IMG/VR virus record: IMGVR_UViG_3300007539_000018
Coordinates: 2,180 to 66,179 of that record
DNA: 64,000 nt
DNA from: a virus
Lineage: Duplodnaviria > Caudoviricetes
Strand: one strand, 5' to 3'
Shown in pieces: positions 30,605 to 40,894 of the stretch (position 1 is the first letter of the stretch; every line of letters begins with the position of its first letter). The notes beneath the pieces were generated by a model, which worked only from the letters and a program-made list of their open reading frames with translations, was not told where the DNA came from and ran no database searches. The position numbers and the translations under genes were made by a program.

Positions 30605-30952
30605 TCACTTCTTTGAAGAAGACTTAGGCTTGGTTTCAGCCTTTGTTTTCTTAAGAGAAGTCTTTGGTAGAATTGTTCTCTTAGGAGCAGGAAGTAATTC
30701 TTCAAGCAATTGCTTACTTGATGAAATTTCTTTACCCATTTCCGTAGAAAATACCTGTAAAAACCTTTCGTTTAATTCTAACAATTCGTCTTTATCTTCT
30801 TCACCAAAAACAAAGAAATAATTTGGGTCAGAAAGACGGATAGCCGCCCATTTTACCGGAACGGCTACCCCTTCTTCCCTCGTAATTTCTTGTTTTGGGT
30901 TGATGTAAAGCCGACGAATTGATGAATTATCACTCAATCGAACTGTTACCAT
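30605..30952 (-). CDS. hypothetical protein with basic tail (115 aa)
   Basis: GAGGTGA RBS; downstream of the capsid genes. Confidence 0.65.
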   Translation of the reverse strand: MVTVRLSDNSSIRRLYINPKQEITREEGVAVPVKWAAIRLSDPNYFFVFGEEDKDELLELNERFLQVFSTEMGKEISSSKQLLEELLPAPKRTILPKTSLKKTKAETKPKSSSKK

Positions 30953-30962
30953 TCAATTCACC

Positions 30963-31304
30963 TCAAAGGTTTCCGTATGCTCGGATTCTAATTGTAGTAT
31001 CGGTAATATCTCCCGAAGCCTGTGCATTAGTGCCATCCATAGCAACCATGAATAAGTGAAATCCACCTTCATAAGCCCCTGCCGCTGTGCATTCGGCTAC
31101 TGCTGAAAAAGTTGCAGGTAAAGAATTACCCGTAACAGATACAGAAGTAATGCTAGATAACCCTAAAGAACTTGCTGAAATTACTTCTCCACCGGCTGTA
31201 TAAGCAGTTACGATAATAGAAGCATCAACGACATATTCATCGCCAACTACCTTTGGTCTAGCAATTCCTTTATGGTCGCCTAATAATGTCAATGTATGTG
31301 CCAA
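30963..31304 (-). CDS. putative capsid decoration protein
   Basis: Small beta-rich protein after MCP; 'YTAGGEVISASSLGLSSI'. Confidence 0.55.
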   Translation of the reverse strand: MAHTLTLLGDHKGIARPKVVGDEYVVDASIIVTAYTAGGEVISASSLGLSSITSVSVTGNSLPATFSAVAECTAAGAYEGGFHLFMVAMDGTNAQASGDITDTTIRIRAYGNL

Positions 31305-31314
31305 TTAAATCACC

Positions 31315-31581
31315 TTACTGCCCAATTGCGAGCCAATATAATACATCGCCCGATGTCGGGATTACATTTACAGAACCACTTGCGCTTAATGGTAATGTGC
31401 TTTTAATTACCGCTGCTGCCGCTTCTACTGCACTACCCGAATGAGTCAATAACATAGCATCAACCGAAGAAAGTCCGGTTACTATGTCGTCATCTGCCGA
31501 GTCTGTCGTTGTCTTTCCAAAAACCATTTTACGGTTTCCTTCAATCGCCATTTCAAATAATGTTGTTGTTGTCCATGCCAT
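31315..31581 (-). CDS. putative capsid decoration protein
   Basis: Small beta-rich protein immediately after MCP; AAGGTGA RBS. Confidence 0.55.
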   Translation of the reverse strand: MAWTTTTLFEMAIEGNRKMVFGKTTTDSADDDIVTGLSSVDAMLLTHSGSAVEAAAAVIKSTLPLSASGSVNVIPTSGDVLYWLAIGQ

Positions 31582-31593
31582 TCTTAATCACCT

Positions 31594-32931
31594 TCACTGT
31601 ATGTTTGTTATTTTTCCTTGTCCTTTGAAGAATGAACAACCAACTTCACCAATTGTTCGGTAAAGCGCACGATTGCCCAATGTCCCTACACCAAATGGAT
31701 TTCCGTTTGCGATACCATCCTCAAAGTATTGAGTTGGTTTCATAACGGACAACCAAAGGTGGTCTGTATCAAGGAAAAGCATATCACTTAGTTTGGATGA
31801 AGCCGCACCAGTAGCGGTCATATCCTTAACAGGAATCAAAGGAATATCGTAGTATGTTGCTACTCTAAATCCAACTTCTTGACCCTTTGTTCCTCTTACA
31901 CCATTAACGGTAGGAACAATCTCTTTTCTATCCATAAAGCGTTCTTGGCTTTGTAATAGGTCAGCAAGGGCTTGAATAGTGTCATATCCAGTAAGAATAA
32001 CCTTTGGAGAGCCACCTGCAAGTCGCAAGTTGCGAATCATGTTGTTTAGAAGAGTTAAAGTCAAAGAACGAACATTACCTGCGGTATAGTCTGTTCCGAA
32101 ATCAACCTCTGCATCAAGGAAAGAAGCGGCAGTAAATCGCTCACTACCGTAAATTTTTCCTAATGCGTTTGAAGCAGTAGTAGTATCAGTAGCAAGAACC
32201 CCACCATCAATTAAGAGTAATTCTGCTCTTGATGTAATAACCTTCAACAATGATGAATAGTTGTTACCAATGTTAGGCATAGCGGAAGATTCACCGTAAT
32301 GTTCTAATGGCATAACTAGCATCTTGTTTTGGACTTCAGCGTGGTGCTTACCCATGTCTTCACGCATTTGCGCTCGAATATCTCCGATTCCATCGTCAAT
32401 TTGAGCCATTTCCATAGCCAATTCACTGAAATCGAATTGATGTGCAACAACTTTTGGACTCATGTTTAATTGAGCATAAGTTGGAGCAATTGGGCCTAAT
32501 CCATCTGCGGCAGTTGAAAGACCGGCATTTTCAGGAACACCACCAATCATATCTGCTCTTGGTGAATCCGAACCTAATTCAGCAAGGTTCTCTGTTCCGC
32601 TTGCATCAACGGTAAATAGATTTCCACTTCCACCCGCAGGTCGGCTCTTTAATACTCTCCAACCACTTGAAGAATAAGGTCGCTTTGCAATCATTGAAAG
32701 TGCATTGACTTCTCGGTTTAGCATAGACCAAACCTTTTGTCCGTAAACGATGTTGTATAATGCTGAAACATCGGAAACTCCACTACCGGACAATGATGGA
32801 GAACCATCGTGTCCTGTGTGAATACCACCAACCATACCGGCTTGCTTCAATAAAGCATTACCGGCAGGTAGATTGTTAATTCCGTATGTTTGCGCTTCTA
32901 AGTCTCTAATTGTGTTAATATATCCTGTCAT
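31594..32931 (-). CDS. major capsid protein (HK97 fold)
   Basis: Follows the protease-scaffold; 445 aa; 'VATYYDIPLIP', 'LFLDTDHL' C-terminal pattern. Confidence 0.85.
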   Translation of the reverse strand: MTGYINTIRDLEAQTYGINNLPAGNALLKQAGMVGGIHTGHDGSPSLSGSGVSDVSALYNIVYGQKVWSMLNREVNALSMIAKRPYSSSGWRVLKSRPAGGSGNLFTVDASGTENLAELGSDSPRADMIGGVPENAGLSTAADGLGPIAPTYAQLNMSPKVVAHQFDFSELAMEMAQIDDGIGDIRAQMREDMGKHHAEVQNKMLVMPLEHYGESSAMPNIGNNYSSLLKVITSRAELLLIDGGVLATDTTTASNALGKIYGSERFTAASFLDAEVDFGTDYTAGNVRSLTLTLLNNMIRNLRLAGGSPKVILTGYDTIQALADLLQSQERFMDRKEIVPTVNGVRGTKGQEVGFRVATYYDIPLIPVKDMTATGAASSKLSDMLFLDTDHLWLSVMKPTQYFEDGIANGNPFGVGTLGNRALYRTIGEVGCSFFKGQGKITNIQ

Positions 32932-32943
32932 TTTAAATCACCT

Positions 32944-34167
32944 TCAAATGTTGTTCACCATCTTATGAATATCCGACCACTCCATTTCTGAAATGTCTTC
33001 TAATGATGGGAGTGTAACTGTTGCTTCTTTTTGAGCCTTAATGATTGAATCCTTCTCAGCGGTCAAAGACTTTCGCAATTGCGTAAATTCTTCCTTTAGA
33101 GAAGAAATTTCACTTGCAGCGTCATATTGAGACTTTGCGAGAATGTTTTCACGGTTTGCTCTTTCGGAGTTAAATCGTGTTTCAAAAGACTTTCGTAGAT
33201 TGTCGTAAGCAAGTGCTTCGAGTTGTTCTTCACGGAAAGCGGCGTAAGCCTTTTCAATGTTTGAATTACTCAAATCAAGAGAATCAAATTCATTGTTACT
33301 GAATGCTTTAACAACAGGCATATCCGAAGAAGTCGGCTTACCATTGTTAATTACGATTCGGTCAGCAGGTTCACCAATTTGGTTTCCTGCGCCATCAAGA
33401 GTACGAAGGTATGCTTTGTCTGCTTCTTCATAAGAAGAGTATTCTGCATTTTCTTCTTGTTCTTCCATCTTTTCATCATCCATATCCATGTCTTCTTCAT
33501 CAGCCATTTCTGCGGTTTCTGACATAGAAGCCCTTTCCATCATGTTTTCATCCTCTTCTTCCTCTTTGCGAAGCATATTAACTTCTTCCAAAAGGGTGTC
33601 CAATTCGCTCAGTGCCTTTTCTAGTTTTTCACTCATTTTTTCACTTCCTATATCTTGTTTTAAAATATCGAATTTCGCTTCGGGATTTATGCCTTTTTCA
33701 CATATTGTTACTTCATGGAGTTCTAACTTACTTATTTCGTTATATTCCCCTAATTCATTGTGGCTTTTCTTTACTTTTTGTAATGCTTGTCCACCAATAC
33801 TAAATGACCTTAATGACCCTTTGCGAATGTTTCTTCCTACTTCCTTTGCTTTTTCAATGTCATCTCTTAGTTTAATCACTACAAAGAATCCCACATCATC
33901 TACTTCGGATTTCCATAATTTTCCAGTTTTATCTCTATATGAATCTACGACTTCTCCAACTTGAACATTTGAATGATTAGTCATTACATTTCTAAACTTT
34001 GAATCTCCCATGAATTTTTTAACTGATTCTTGTAATGCTTTTAATGTAATCAAATCGTTTTGTTTATCTACAATTTCAATGCTCGCATATCCACCAATCA
34101 TTAAATCGTCGTTGCTTTTGAGAATGTTGAACTCATCATTCCTTGTAGCCATGACGCTTATACTCAT
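32944..34167 (-). CDS. prohead protease (HK97/S78-like) fused to acidic coiled-coil scaffold
   Basis: 'GYASIEIVDKQND', His in 'MTNHS', Ser in 'SFSIGG', 'LHEVTICEKGINPEA'; acidic helical C-terminal half. Confidence 0.9.
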   Translation of the reverse strand: MSISVMATRNDEFNILKSNDDLMIGGYASIEIVDKQNDLITLKALQESVKKFMGDSKFRNVMTNHSNVQVGEVVDSYRDKTGKLWKSEVDDVGFFVVIKLRDDIEKAKEVGRNIRKGSLRSFSIGGQALQKVKKSHNELGEYNEISKLELHEVTICEKGINPEAKFDILKQDIGSEKMSEKLEKALSELDTLLEEVNMLRKEEEEDENMMERASMSETAEMADEEDMDMDDEKMEEQEENAEYSSYEEADKAYLRTLDGAGNQIGEPADRIVINNGKPTSSDMPVVKAFSNNEFDSLDLSNSNIEKAYAAFREEQLEALAYDNLRKSFETRFNSERANRENILAKSQYDAASEISSLKEEFTQLRKSLTAEKDSIIKAQKEATVTLPSLEDISEMEWSDIHKMVNNI

Positions 34168-34192
34168 GTTGCTCAAACCTTCCTATTGTCTT

Positions 34193-34212
34193 TGAGTATA
34201 TAATAGACACGG
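34193..34212 (-). promoter_or_regulatory. putative TATA-box promoter for the protease-capsid operon
   Basis: Minus-strand CTATTATATACTC about 30 nt upstream of the ATG, in a short intergenic gap. Confidence 0.4.
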
Positions 34213-34214
34213 CT

Positions 34215-36737
34215 CTATTTAGTAGGGAGGGTCAATTCTTTATACCTATCCTCATAGATATTCCACACTCCCCCATCCGATTCATCATCAGCAGGAGTTT
34301 GTTTATATCCCGACCATGCTAGCCACATTTCCTTGTTATCTACTTTAAGCCTTCTAATATTAAACTTAGTTTCAAACTTATTCCCTTCTAAGAAATATTC
34401 GTGATAACCATGCTTTTGTATTCCTAATCTTATGCTACCTTCATCTAGAAGTTTTCTCTTAGAAATGTTATTAGCAATCATAGCAGGGAATTTTCCGGCT
34501 TTACCAAACAACTCAAATATATCGCCATCATCTTCTAAATCAATAAGCCAATTCAATGTTTCGTCTTTAAGTTTAATAACTAAGTTTAAATTATCATCAT
34601 CTCTAAGATATAACTTAAACTTACCATCTCTGTATTCCTTTGGGGTTTTATATTCCTTAAGAATATTTTCTTCTTGTAGTATTTTATCATCTTCCGAATA
34701 AAGTTTATTGGTCTTTTCATCATATGAAATGCCATCTCTTTGCTTCATCCAGTCTTTAAGTTTATCTAATTTACTTTCTAGAATATCTTCGTATAAATCC
34801 TTGTGGTTCTTAACTAAGAAGTTATGTAGTGCTTTGATAGTTTGTGGGCCTTTCGTTTTCATAAACTGAAAACCTGCCACTGTTAAACGAGATTGCTTGG
34901 TTTTCATAATTTCTTCCGCTTGGTGTTTCCATAAATCCAAATCTACTAAAGCGTTTTTAGCCATCAAATTGTCTTCCTCGAAACCATAGATAGTAAACCC
35001 ATCCATGTCTCCTTTAATTAGAATAGAGGCTTCTCCGTGAATATGGTCGGTTATTGTAATCCCTTTTTTAAGGGCTTCAACATTATAATTTAATGATTTT
35101 TCTCCGTCATTGGATAGCATCTCAAGAGTAATCAATTTGTCGGGGTGTCTTGCTTCGGGTAATTCTATAACCTTAGCGGAGTGAACGCTGTATATGTCGC
35201 CCTTCTTCTTAACATGGTCTATTTTTACTCTCACTATGCTTCCTAAGTCAGCACTGATTTTAGTGTTAAGAGCCTTACCAACAAGCATATAGGTTTTACC
35301 TTCTATTTCTTGATAGTGTTTTCCTTCTCCTTCTGTTGGCCCTGCACCCAAAGAATAAGCGTAATTACCACCAGATGATTTCTTATCAAGAACAATCAAA
35401 TCTAAATCAACAAAACTCTTCCATTTAATCCATTTAGGGTTTTTCTTAGTCCCAACATAGTAAGTAGATGTAGAGTCTTTAATGACCACTCCCTCTGCTG
35501 TCGGCATTTCCATTATTGCCCTAGAGTATTCTTCAATATCTTTAATAGAATCTGCTAAACGAGTATCTTTCTTAGAAGGGAAAGTTAAATCTTCACTTGA
35601 ATGAATAGAGTAATTATTAAACATTAATTGCATTCGCTGAGTTAAAGTATCTTCTAGTAGCGATTTTTCATTATGTCTTAGTAAATCAAACATGTGCATT
35701 CTCAATCTACCGTCTGGATTTTTATCATTAAAAACATGAGAAATAGTTTCTGCTCTATCAAGTGCTTCATCCCCCTTAAACAATAACAAAGAACCATCTA
35801 AAATACAATCACCGAAGTGTTTCTTTTCTAATTCTTCTACTTGTTTTTTACACTTAGAAGTAATGTCTTTACCATCAAAAGAGAACACTTTAACCTTCTT
35901 ATCTATTTTTTGCATTTGAATACGAAGCCCGTCATATTTTTCTTGAACATAATATTCGCCACTAAAACCTTTAAGTTCTTTAATATCATCTATTTCAAAA
36001 ATACGATACATTGGTTTATTAGGAACGATAAAATCAGACTGAGATTTCTCTTCACTAGATTTCTTTTCTTCGGCTTTCTTAACAGGCAAGCCCTCAATTT
36101 CTTCTAATTCACTCCATTCACCCTTATCATTCTTAGATAAGAATATTAACTCTAATAGATTCATCGCTGCCTTCACTTTAGATTTGACTTTGTTTGAGTC
36201 TTTTCCATCCCCATAATGTTCTATAATATACAGGTCTATGTCATCCGATTCTAGGTCAAGACCCTTAAGACCCTCCGTAATATCGTCGGGTTCGATGTCT
36301 TTAACAGCGTAAATGTCTGGAGATAGTGCTTTACTGTCTTCTCTAATAGCATAGTGAACGAATTTAACCATGTTACCCGTTGAAGATAACAATGCTTCTA
36401 AGACTTCACCTTTGAATCTTTTAGCGAAAGGGTCATCTATGGATTCGGAAGAATAGCGAAGTTTCTTTATTCCTTCAAATACCTTTTCAGCATTTTGTGA
36501 TTGTGGGTCTTTAACATCGTCTGCTTCTAAATCAGAAATCTCAATAAAGTTCTTTAACTCATTTGAAAGTTGATTATTGTTTTCATAGGCTTCTGTAATA
36601 CCATCTATTGCACTACGCCACTTTGCCCCGTATTCTTTAGGGTCTGTGCGAGCAGATAGATAAGCCACTCTTACTTTTTCAAATAAGCGAACAATTTCAT
36701 CCGATGTGGACTTATCCTTTTCAAGAAGATAAGCCAT
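34215..36737 (-). CDS. lig: ATP-dependent DNA ligase with extra N- and C-terminal domains
   Basis: Motif I QEKYDGLR, III ILDGSL, IIIa MFDLL, IV EGVVIK, V WIKWK, then an OB domain. Confidence 0.9.
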   Translation of the reverse strand: MAYLLEKDKSTSDEIVRLFEKVRVAYLSARTDPKEYGAKWRSAIDGITEAYENNNQLSNELKNFIEISDLEADDVKDPQSQNAEKVFEGIKKLRYSSESIDDPFAKRFKGEVLEALLSSTGNMVKFVHYAIREDSKALSPDIYAVKDIEPDDITEGLKGLDLESDDIDLYIIEHYGDGKDSNKVKSKVKAAMNLLELIFLSKNDKGEWSELEEIEGLPVKKAEEKKSSEEKSQSDFIVPNKPMYRIFEIDDIKELKGFSGEYYVQEKYDGLRIQMQKIDKKVKVFSFDGKDITSKCKKQVEELEKKHFGDCILDGSLLLFKGDEALDRAETISHVFNDKNPDGRLRMHMFDLLRHNEKSLLEDTLTQRMQLMFNNYSIHSSEDLTFPSKKDTRLADSIKDIEEYSRAIMEMPTAEGVVIKDSTSTYYVGTKKNPKWIKWKSFVDLDLIVLDKKSSGGNYAYSLGAGPTEGEGKHYQEIEGKTYMLVGKALNTKISADLGSIVRVKIDHVKKKGDIYSVHSAKVIELPEARHPDKLITLEMLSNDGEKSLNYNVEALKKGITITDHIHGEASILIKGDMDGFTIYGFEEDNLMAKNALVDLDLWKHQAEEIMKTKQSRLTVAGFQFMKTKGPQTIKALHNFLVKNHKDLYEDILESKLDKLKDWMKQRDGISYDEKTNKLYSEDDKILQEENILKEYKTPKEYRDGKFKLYLRDDDNLNLVIKLKDETLNWLIDLEDDGDIFELFGKAGKFPAMIANNISKRKLLDEGSIRLGIQKHGYHEYFLEGNKFETKFNIRRLKVDNKEMWLAWSGYKQTPADDESDGGVWNIYEDRYKELTLPTK

Positions 36738-36746
36738 TTATTTCAC

Positions 36747-37382
36747 CTATGAACTTCTACCGAAATACATGGTTAATTCTTTTAAATCATCCACTATTTC
36801 TTTCATATCGCTTTCCATTTTACCTTGTTTGCTCAAAGGAGAAGTTAAATACTCTGAAGTAATTTTCTTCATAGCGGCTTCTAATGCAGTAAAAGTTTCA
36901 TTTGCCATTTGTTGCTGCTCTTCTGTAAATTCGACATCTCTATCATCTTTCTTAAAGTCACCAAATCCACCTTTGCTTTTAGCAAGCATATTCATTTGTT
37001 TGGTTAATTCTCTATAAGCAACCTTTACTTGAAGTTGTGTTTGTTTTAGTTCTTTTGTTTCTTCTTCGTTTAAAACGCCCTTAGCGAGTTGTTTTTCAAT
37101 TTCTCTATCTTTTTGAAGAACGAATGCTCTTGCCATACGAATAGATTTTACCGATTCTGTCTTTCCTTTCTTAATTTTACCACTTGTAAACTCTTCTCCA
37201 CCGGCATTAGCATGAACCTTGTCTTGCTTAATACCATGCTTAGATGCTTTAGCCTTTGGTCGTTTAACCTTTTCAATAATAGGCTTAGTGTCTTCACCAT
37301 CTCGTAGTGCTTCTAATGTTTCTCTTGCTTTAAGAATTGCTAATTCGATTATTTTTTCTTCTCTTGTTACTTTTTCCGGCAT
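36747..37382 (-). CDS. hypothetical helical protein (211 aa), putative head core
   Basis: In the portal-protease interval; 'LAILKA' near the N-terminus. Confidence 0.65.
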   Translation of the reverse strand: MPEKVTREEKIIELAILKARETLEALRDGEDTKPIIEKVKRPKAKASKHGIKQDKVHANAGGEEFTSGKIKKGKTESVKSIRMARAFVLQKDREIEKQLAKGVLNEEETKELKQTQLQVKVAYRELTKQMNMLAKSKGGFGDFKKDDRDVEFTEEQQQMANETFTALEAAMKKITSEYLTSPLSKQGKMESDMKEIVDDLKELTMYFGRSS

Positions 37383-37621
37383 TATTGTCCACCTACCTTT
37401 TCGACCATTTTATGAATGTCAGACCAGTCCATACTTCCAACATCTCCCATAGGAGAAGAAATACCGCTACCATTATTCATGTTTGGGCTTGGACTTTGAG
37501 AAACAACTAAACCGGACTTCATCAATAGATTATCCTGATGATATACTGTTTTTTCTAGATTTTCAATCTTTTCTGTTAAAGCCTTAAGAATGGCTAATAA
37601 CTCTTCATTTTGTTCTGTCAT
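37382..37621 (-). CDS. small coiled-coil protein sharing its C-terminal motif with the scaffold
   Basis: Ends MDWSDIHKMVEKVGGQ versus scaffold MEWSDIHKMVNNI. Confidence 0.75.
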   Translation of the reverse strand: MTEQNEELLAILKALTEKIENLEKTVYHQDNLLMKSGLVVSQSPSPNMNNGSGISSPMGDVGSMDWSDIHKMVEKVGGQ

Positions 37622-37992
37622 TTTTCATCACCTTTTTTCTTTGGATAAACTAAATCTCTTAATTGCCGATACAGCAACTCGTAGTCCTTACGAAGTTCAG
37701 TAGCGGAAGCCACTATGTCAATGTTCCTATCATCCATTGACTTCATTTTTTTCTTGAGTTTATTATCGGACTTAACTAGGTCTAAGTCCTTAAGAACATC
37801 AATTAACTCACCCATTTGAGTAAAGTCCTTTCCGAAAAATTCTGTCGGTTGTGCCGATTGTAGAACCTTTTTAAGACGCTTTCTTTGTTTAGCATCTAAT
37901 CCGTCAAGCAGTTTTTTTGGCGTGTCTTTCTTATCCTCTTTGAGAATAATTTCTTTTCCTTCTTCGTAAAAATCCCATGTCATTGTGTTCAA
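37618..37992 (-). CDS. hypothetical protein (124 aa)
   Basis: ORF coupled to both neighbours in the head module. Confidence 0.65.
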   Translation of the reverse strand: MNTMTWDFYEEGKEIILKEDKKDTPKKLLDGLDAKQRKRLKKVLQSAQPTEFFGKDFTQMGELIDVLKDLDLVKSDNKLKKKMKSMDDRNIDIVASATELRKDYELLYRQLRDLVYPKKKGDEK

Positions 37993-40883
37993 CCCTTTAT
38001 TTTTTCATTCAAATCTTTTAGTCTCTTCCCTTCTTCTTTTGAATGCTCTTTCCAAGAAGTAATAAAGTCTTCTAAGTCATCATCATCTAAGTCTATTACT
38101 TTTTCATATTTCTTTTCCAAATACTTAGCAATATCAGCAATTGAAGATATTTTTTTCCCTTCATCATCAAAAATAGGATTGGCTCTAAAACTTTGAGTCA
38201 AAACATCTAGCATCTTTGGCTTTTCTTTAATTTTTTCGCCTGTCATTTTTGCTCTTTTAATCTCAAAGAATTGTTGTAGCAAAGAAACTTCTTCTCTTTC
38301 TTGAGTAGCAGTTTTTAGGAATTCTTCTATTTGTTTACTCTTCGCATATAGTCTTCTACCTTTAGTTTCAAGGGCTTTAATATCGGCATATAAATCCTCA
38401 ACAGCGATAACTTTATTGTCATCAAATGCGTCAAACAATACATCAAACTCAAATTCCCTCATTCTGCCAATAAATTCTTCTCCTAACGATTCAAAATCTA
38501 AGTCTATTTCTTTAATAAACTCATTATAGTCTTTATTTTTTTCCGTTCTAATATTATATTTACTTAACATTTCTTCTTCTTTAAATTTCTGTAACAATTC
38601 TATTACCGCATTTTCTAAATCTCGTTTAGCAAGTAAAGCCTTTTTGACTCTTTTTATAAGACCGCCATATGGCCGTATAGGTTCATTTGAAATCACTCTA
38701 CCTGAACGGTCAGTTTTTCTACCCCCCATAAAGTCTTTTCTTTTTTGTGGTGGTCTAAGAGATATAGGAACAGTTTTATCCCCTTTGTATGGTTCAAAAC
38801 TTTCTGGTATTACTTGTTTAATTTTTTGTTTAGCAGATTGATATTTTTTCTTCATAATATTCATTTCATAAATAAATTCTGAGATTCTTTCAAACTCAGT
38901 AACATATTCTTTATTTTTCCCGAAACCACCTACTATTTTATCTAATAACTTATTTGTTTCAGATAGCATTTCTTTATTTTCAGAATACTCCTTTAGTTCT
39001 TCTTCTGTAATAGCAATCATTCTTTTTTCATCTGCCGCCCAAGCAGAATCAATTGCTTCTTGTAACAATTTACCATGAGACTTACCAAACACTGTAAAAT
39101 CCACATTCTTGCCGATAACTGTTTGAAACATGTTATTTAGATTTAGTCTTTTAGATGGTTTAGTGTCCATAGTGAAAGCATAATACTTTTCTAAATCCTC
39201 CACAATCTCTTCAATTAATTCATCATACTCTTTAAGTAAAACCTTTGGAATCTTCTTAACTCTCTTTTTAAGTTTAAGACCCTGCATAATTTCCTTTCTT
39301 CTATTAGCCATGTAACTTTGAATTTCTTTTTTATCTGATTTTAATTTTGCTCTTGGAGTAATACCATCTCCCCTTTCAGCAAACTGTTTAATAACATCTA
39401 ATAAATCAACATCTTTGAATTTTTTCAATCTGAATGTTCTAGATATAGAATTAGCACTACTAAGAATTTCGGAATAGCCTTCAGATTGTGAACTATAAGG
39501 TTGATTTCTAATTATGATTTTATAATCTCCTTTACCTTTTGAAATGTCAATCATTCTAAGAGTCCTAATGTATTCACTCGCTTTTTTAAGTTCTGATTTT
39601 TCTTCTTCCCTTGCTTCTTCTTCCCTTTTTTTGTCTTTTATGTCTTTTATACTAGCATAATTTGGTTTTACATATTTGGGGTCGAGAGTTGAGCCTCGGT
39701 CTAATACCTGAACCTTAGTATCTTTTTCATTTCTAAATCTCATCCATTCGGGAGTTGTTCTAGTTGGAGTTGTTCCCCTCGGTTGTTTTTCTTTAGTTGG
39801 TTTCTCCATAAGAACCATACTTTCTGGTATTCCTAAAGTCTTTGGAGTAACTCCACCAACTTTTCTCTTTTCACCTACTAAACTTAAAATGGCAACAATG
39901 AAATCTCCACCGTATGAAAGTAGTCCACTAAGAACCTTTGCATTATGTTCTTCATTTCCTTTTAATGGAAGTCTTATAAGAGAAACATTATCTTTAAACT
40001 CTTTTTGTAATTTAGACCAGAAAGCCTTAGTAACTCTATTAACTTTACTACTATCGTCAGTTGAGCCGTATAATTTATTCCTTGCCCTTTCTGCTTCTTT
40101 AGTTTGTTCCATCATTTCTTCATTTCTATTATTAATTAATCTAATAATGTTAGTTGCATTTCTCTTAACCTTAACATCTTTGCTGTCATCCTTTAATTTA
40201 TTAAGTGCCTCTAGTAAATAAGTATTAACTTCTCTAGTTGCGCCCATTCCCTTAGCACCAGCACCGCCCTTTTGTCTAGTATTTCTACCAGAAGTTTTCA
40301 AAAAATCTGTTAATTTCTTTTTGTATTCTGTGCTATTTTTATCTACCTTACCACCTTTTATTGGTAAGCCATCATAAGGAAACTTTACAGCCACTTGTTT
40401 TAATCTACTTAAGTATTTTTTTGTCTCAGGTTTGTTTAAAATAGTTTTAAGTTCTCTTAGTGCAGTTTTATTATTCAAGGTAAGAAAGACTTCTTCTCCG
40501 GTAATATCAATACTTTTAGTATTTTTATCTCGGCTAAAATCACTAAGTCTAGAATCCATTTCTTTTCGACTTTGACGAAATTGTTCCTTATAATTAGAAT
40601 CCTGTCTTGTTTCTTCTTCCTTCTTATATTGTTTGATTTTTGCCATAGATTCCCTTACTTTAAGTTCAAAACTCTTATAAGGTTTGTTATTTTTCTTTCT
40701 TTGCGCTATAATTTTTTTGTTCTTTTTAACTTCCTTTAAATACCTGTCTAATTCGGCTTGGTCTGTTTTAGAAGATGTTGCATATTCTTTTCTAATATCA
40801 CTTTCAATATACTCAATAAGACACTTAATTAAAAATTCGGGGTCGTTCATACGACCTGCTATTTGCGCCTTGAGGAAGACCAT
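37989..40883 (-). CDS. large charged helical protein (964 aa), putative internal/core protein
   Basis: K/E-rich; between portal and protease. Confidence 0.7.
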   Translation of the reverse strand: MVFLKAQIAGRMNDPEFLIKCLIEYIESDIRKEYATSSKTDQAELDRYLKEVKKNKKIIAQRKKNNKPYKSFELKVRESMAKIKQYKKEEETRQDSNYKEQFRQSRKEMDSRLSDFSRDKNTKSIDITGEEVFLTLNNKTALRELKTILNKPETKKYLSRLKQVAVKFPYDGLPIKGGKVDKNSTEYKKKLTDFLKTSGRNTRQKGGAGAKGMGATREVNTYLLEALNKLKDDSKDVKVKRNATNIIRLINNRNEEMMEQTKEAERARNKLYGSTDDSSKVNRVTKAFWSKLQKEFKDNVSLIRLPLKGNEEHNAKVLSGLLSYGGDFIVAILSLVGEKRKVGGVTPKTLGIPESMVLMEKPTKEKQPRGTTPTRTTPEWMRFRNEKDTKVQVLDRGSTLDPKYVKPNYASIKDIKDKKREEEAREEEKSELKKASEYIRTLRMIDISKGKGDYKIIIRNQPYSSQSEGYSEILSSANSISRTFRLKKFKDVDLLDVIKQFAERGDGITPRAKLKSDKKEIQSYMANRRKEIMQGLKLKKRVKKIPKVLLKEYDELIEEIVEDLEKYYAFTMDTKPSKRLNLNNMFQTVIGKNVDFTVFGKSHGKLLQEAIDSAWAADEKRMIAITEEELKEYSENKEMLSETNKLLDKIVGGFGKNKEYVTEFERISEFIYEMNIMKKKYQSAKQKIKQVIPESFEPYKGDKTVPISLRPPQKRKDFMGGRKTDRSGRVISNEPIRPYGGLIKRVKKALLAKRDLENAVIELLQKFKEEEMLSKYNIRTEKNKDYNEFIKEIDLDFESLGEEFIGRMREFEFDVLFDAFDDNKVIAVEDLYADIKALETKGRRLYAKSKQIEEFLKTATQEREEVSLLQQFFEIKRAKMTGEKIKEKPKMLDVLTQSFRANPIFDDEGKKISSIADIAKYLEKKYEKVIDLDDDDLEDFITSWKEHSKEEGKRLKDLNEKIKG

Positions 40884-40894
40884 ATTAAATCAAC

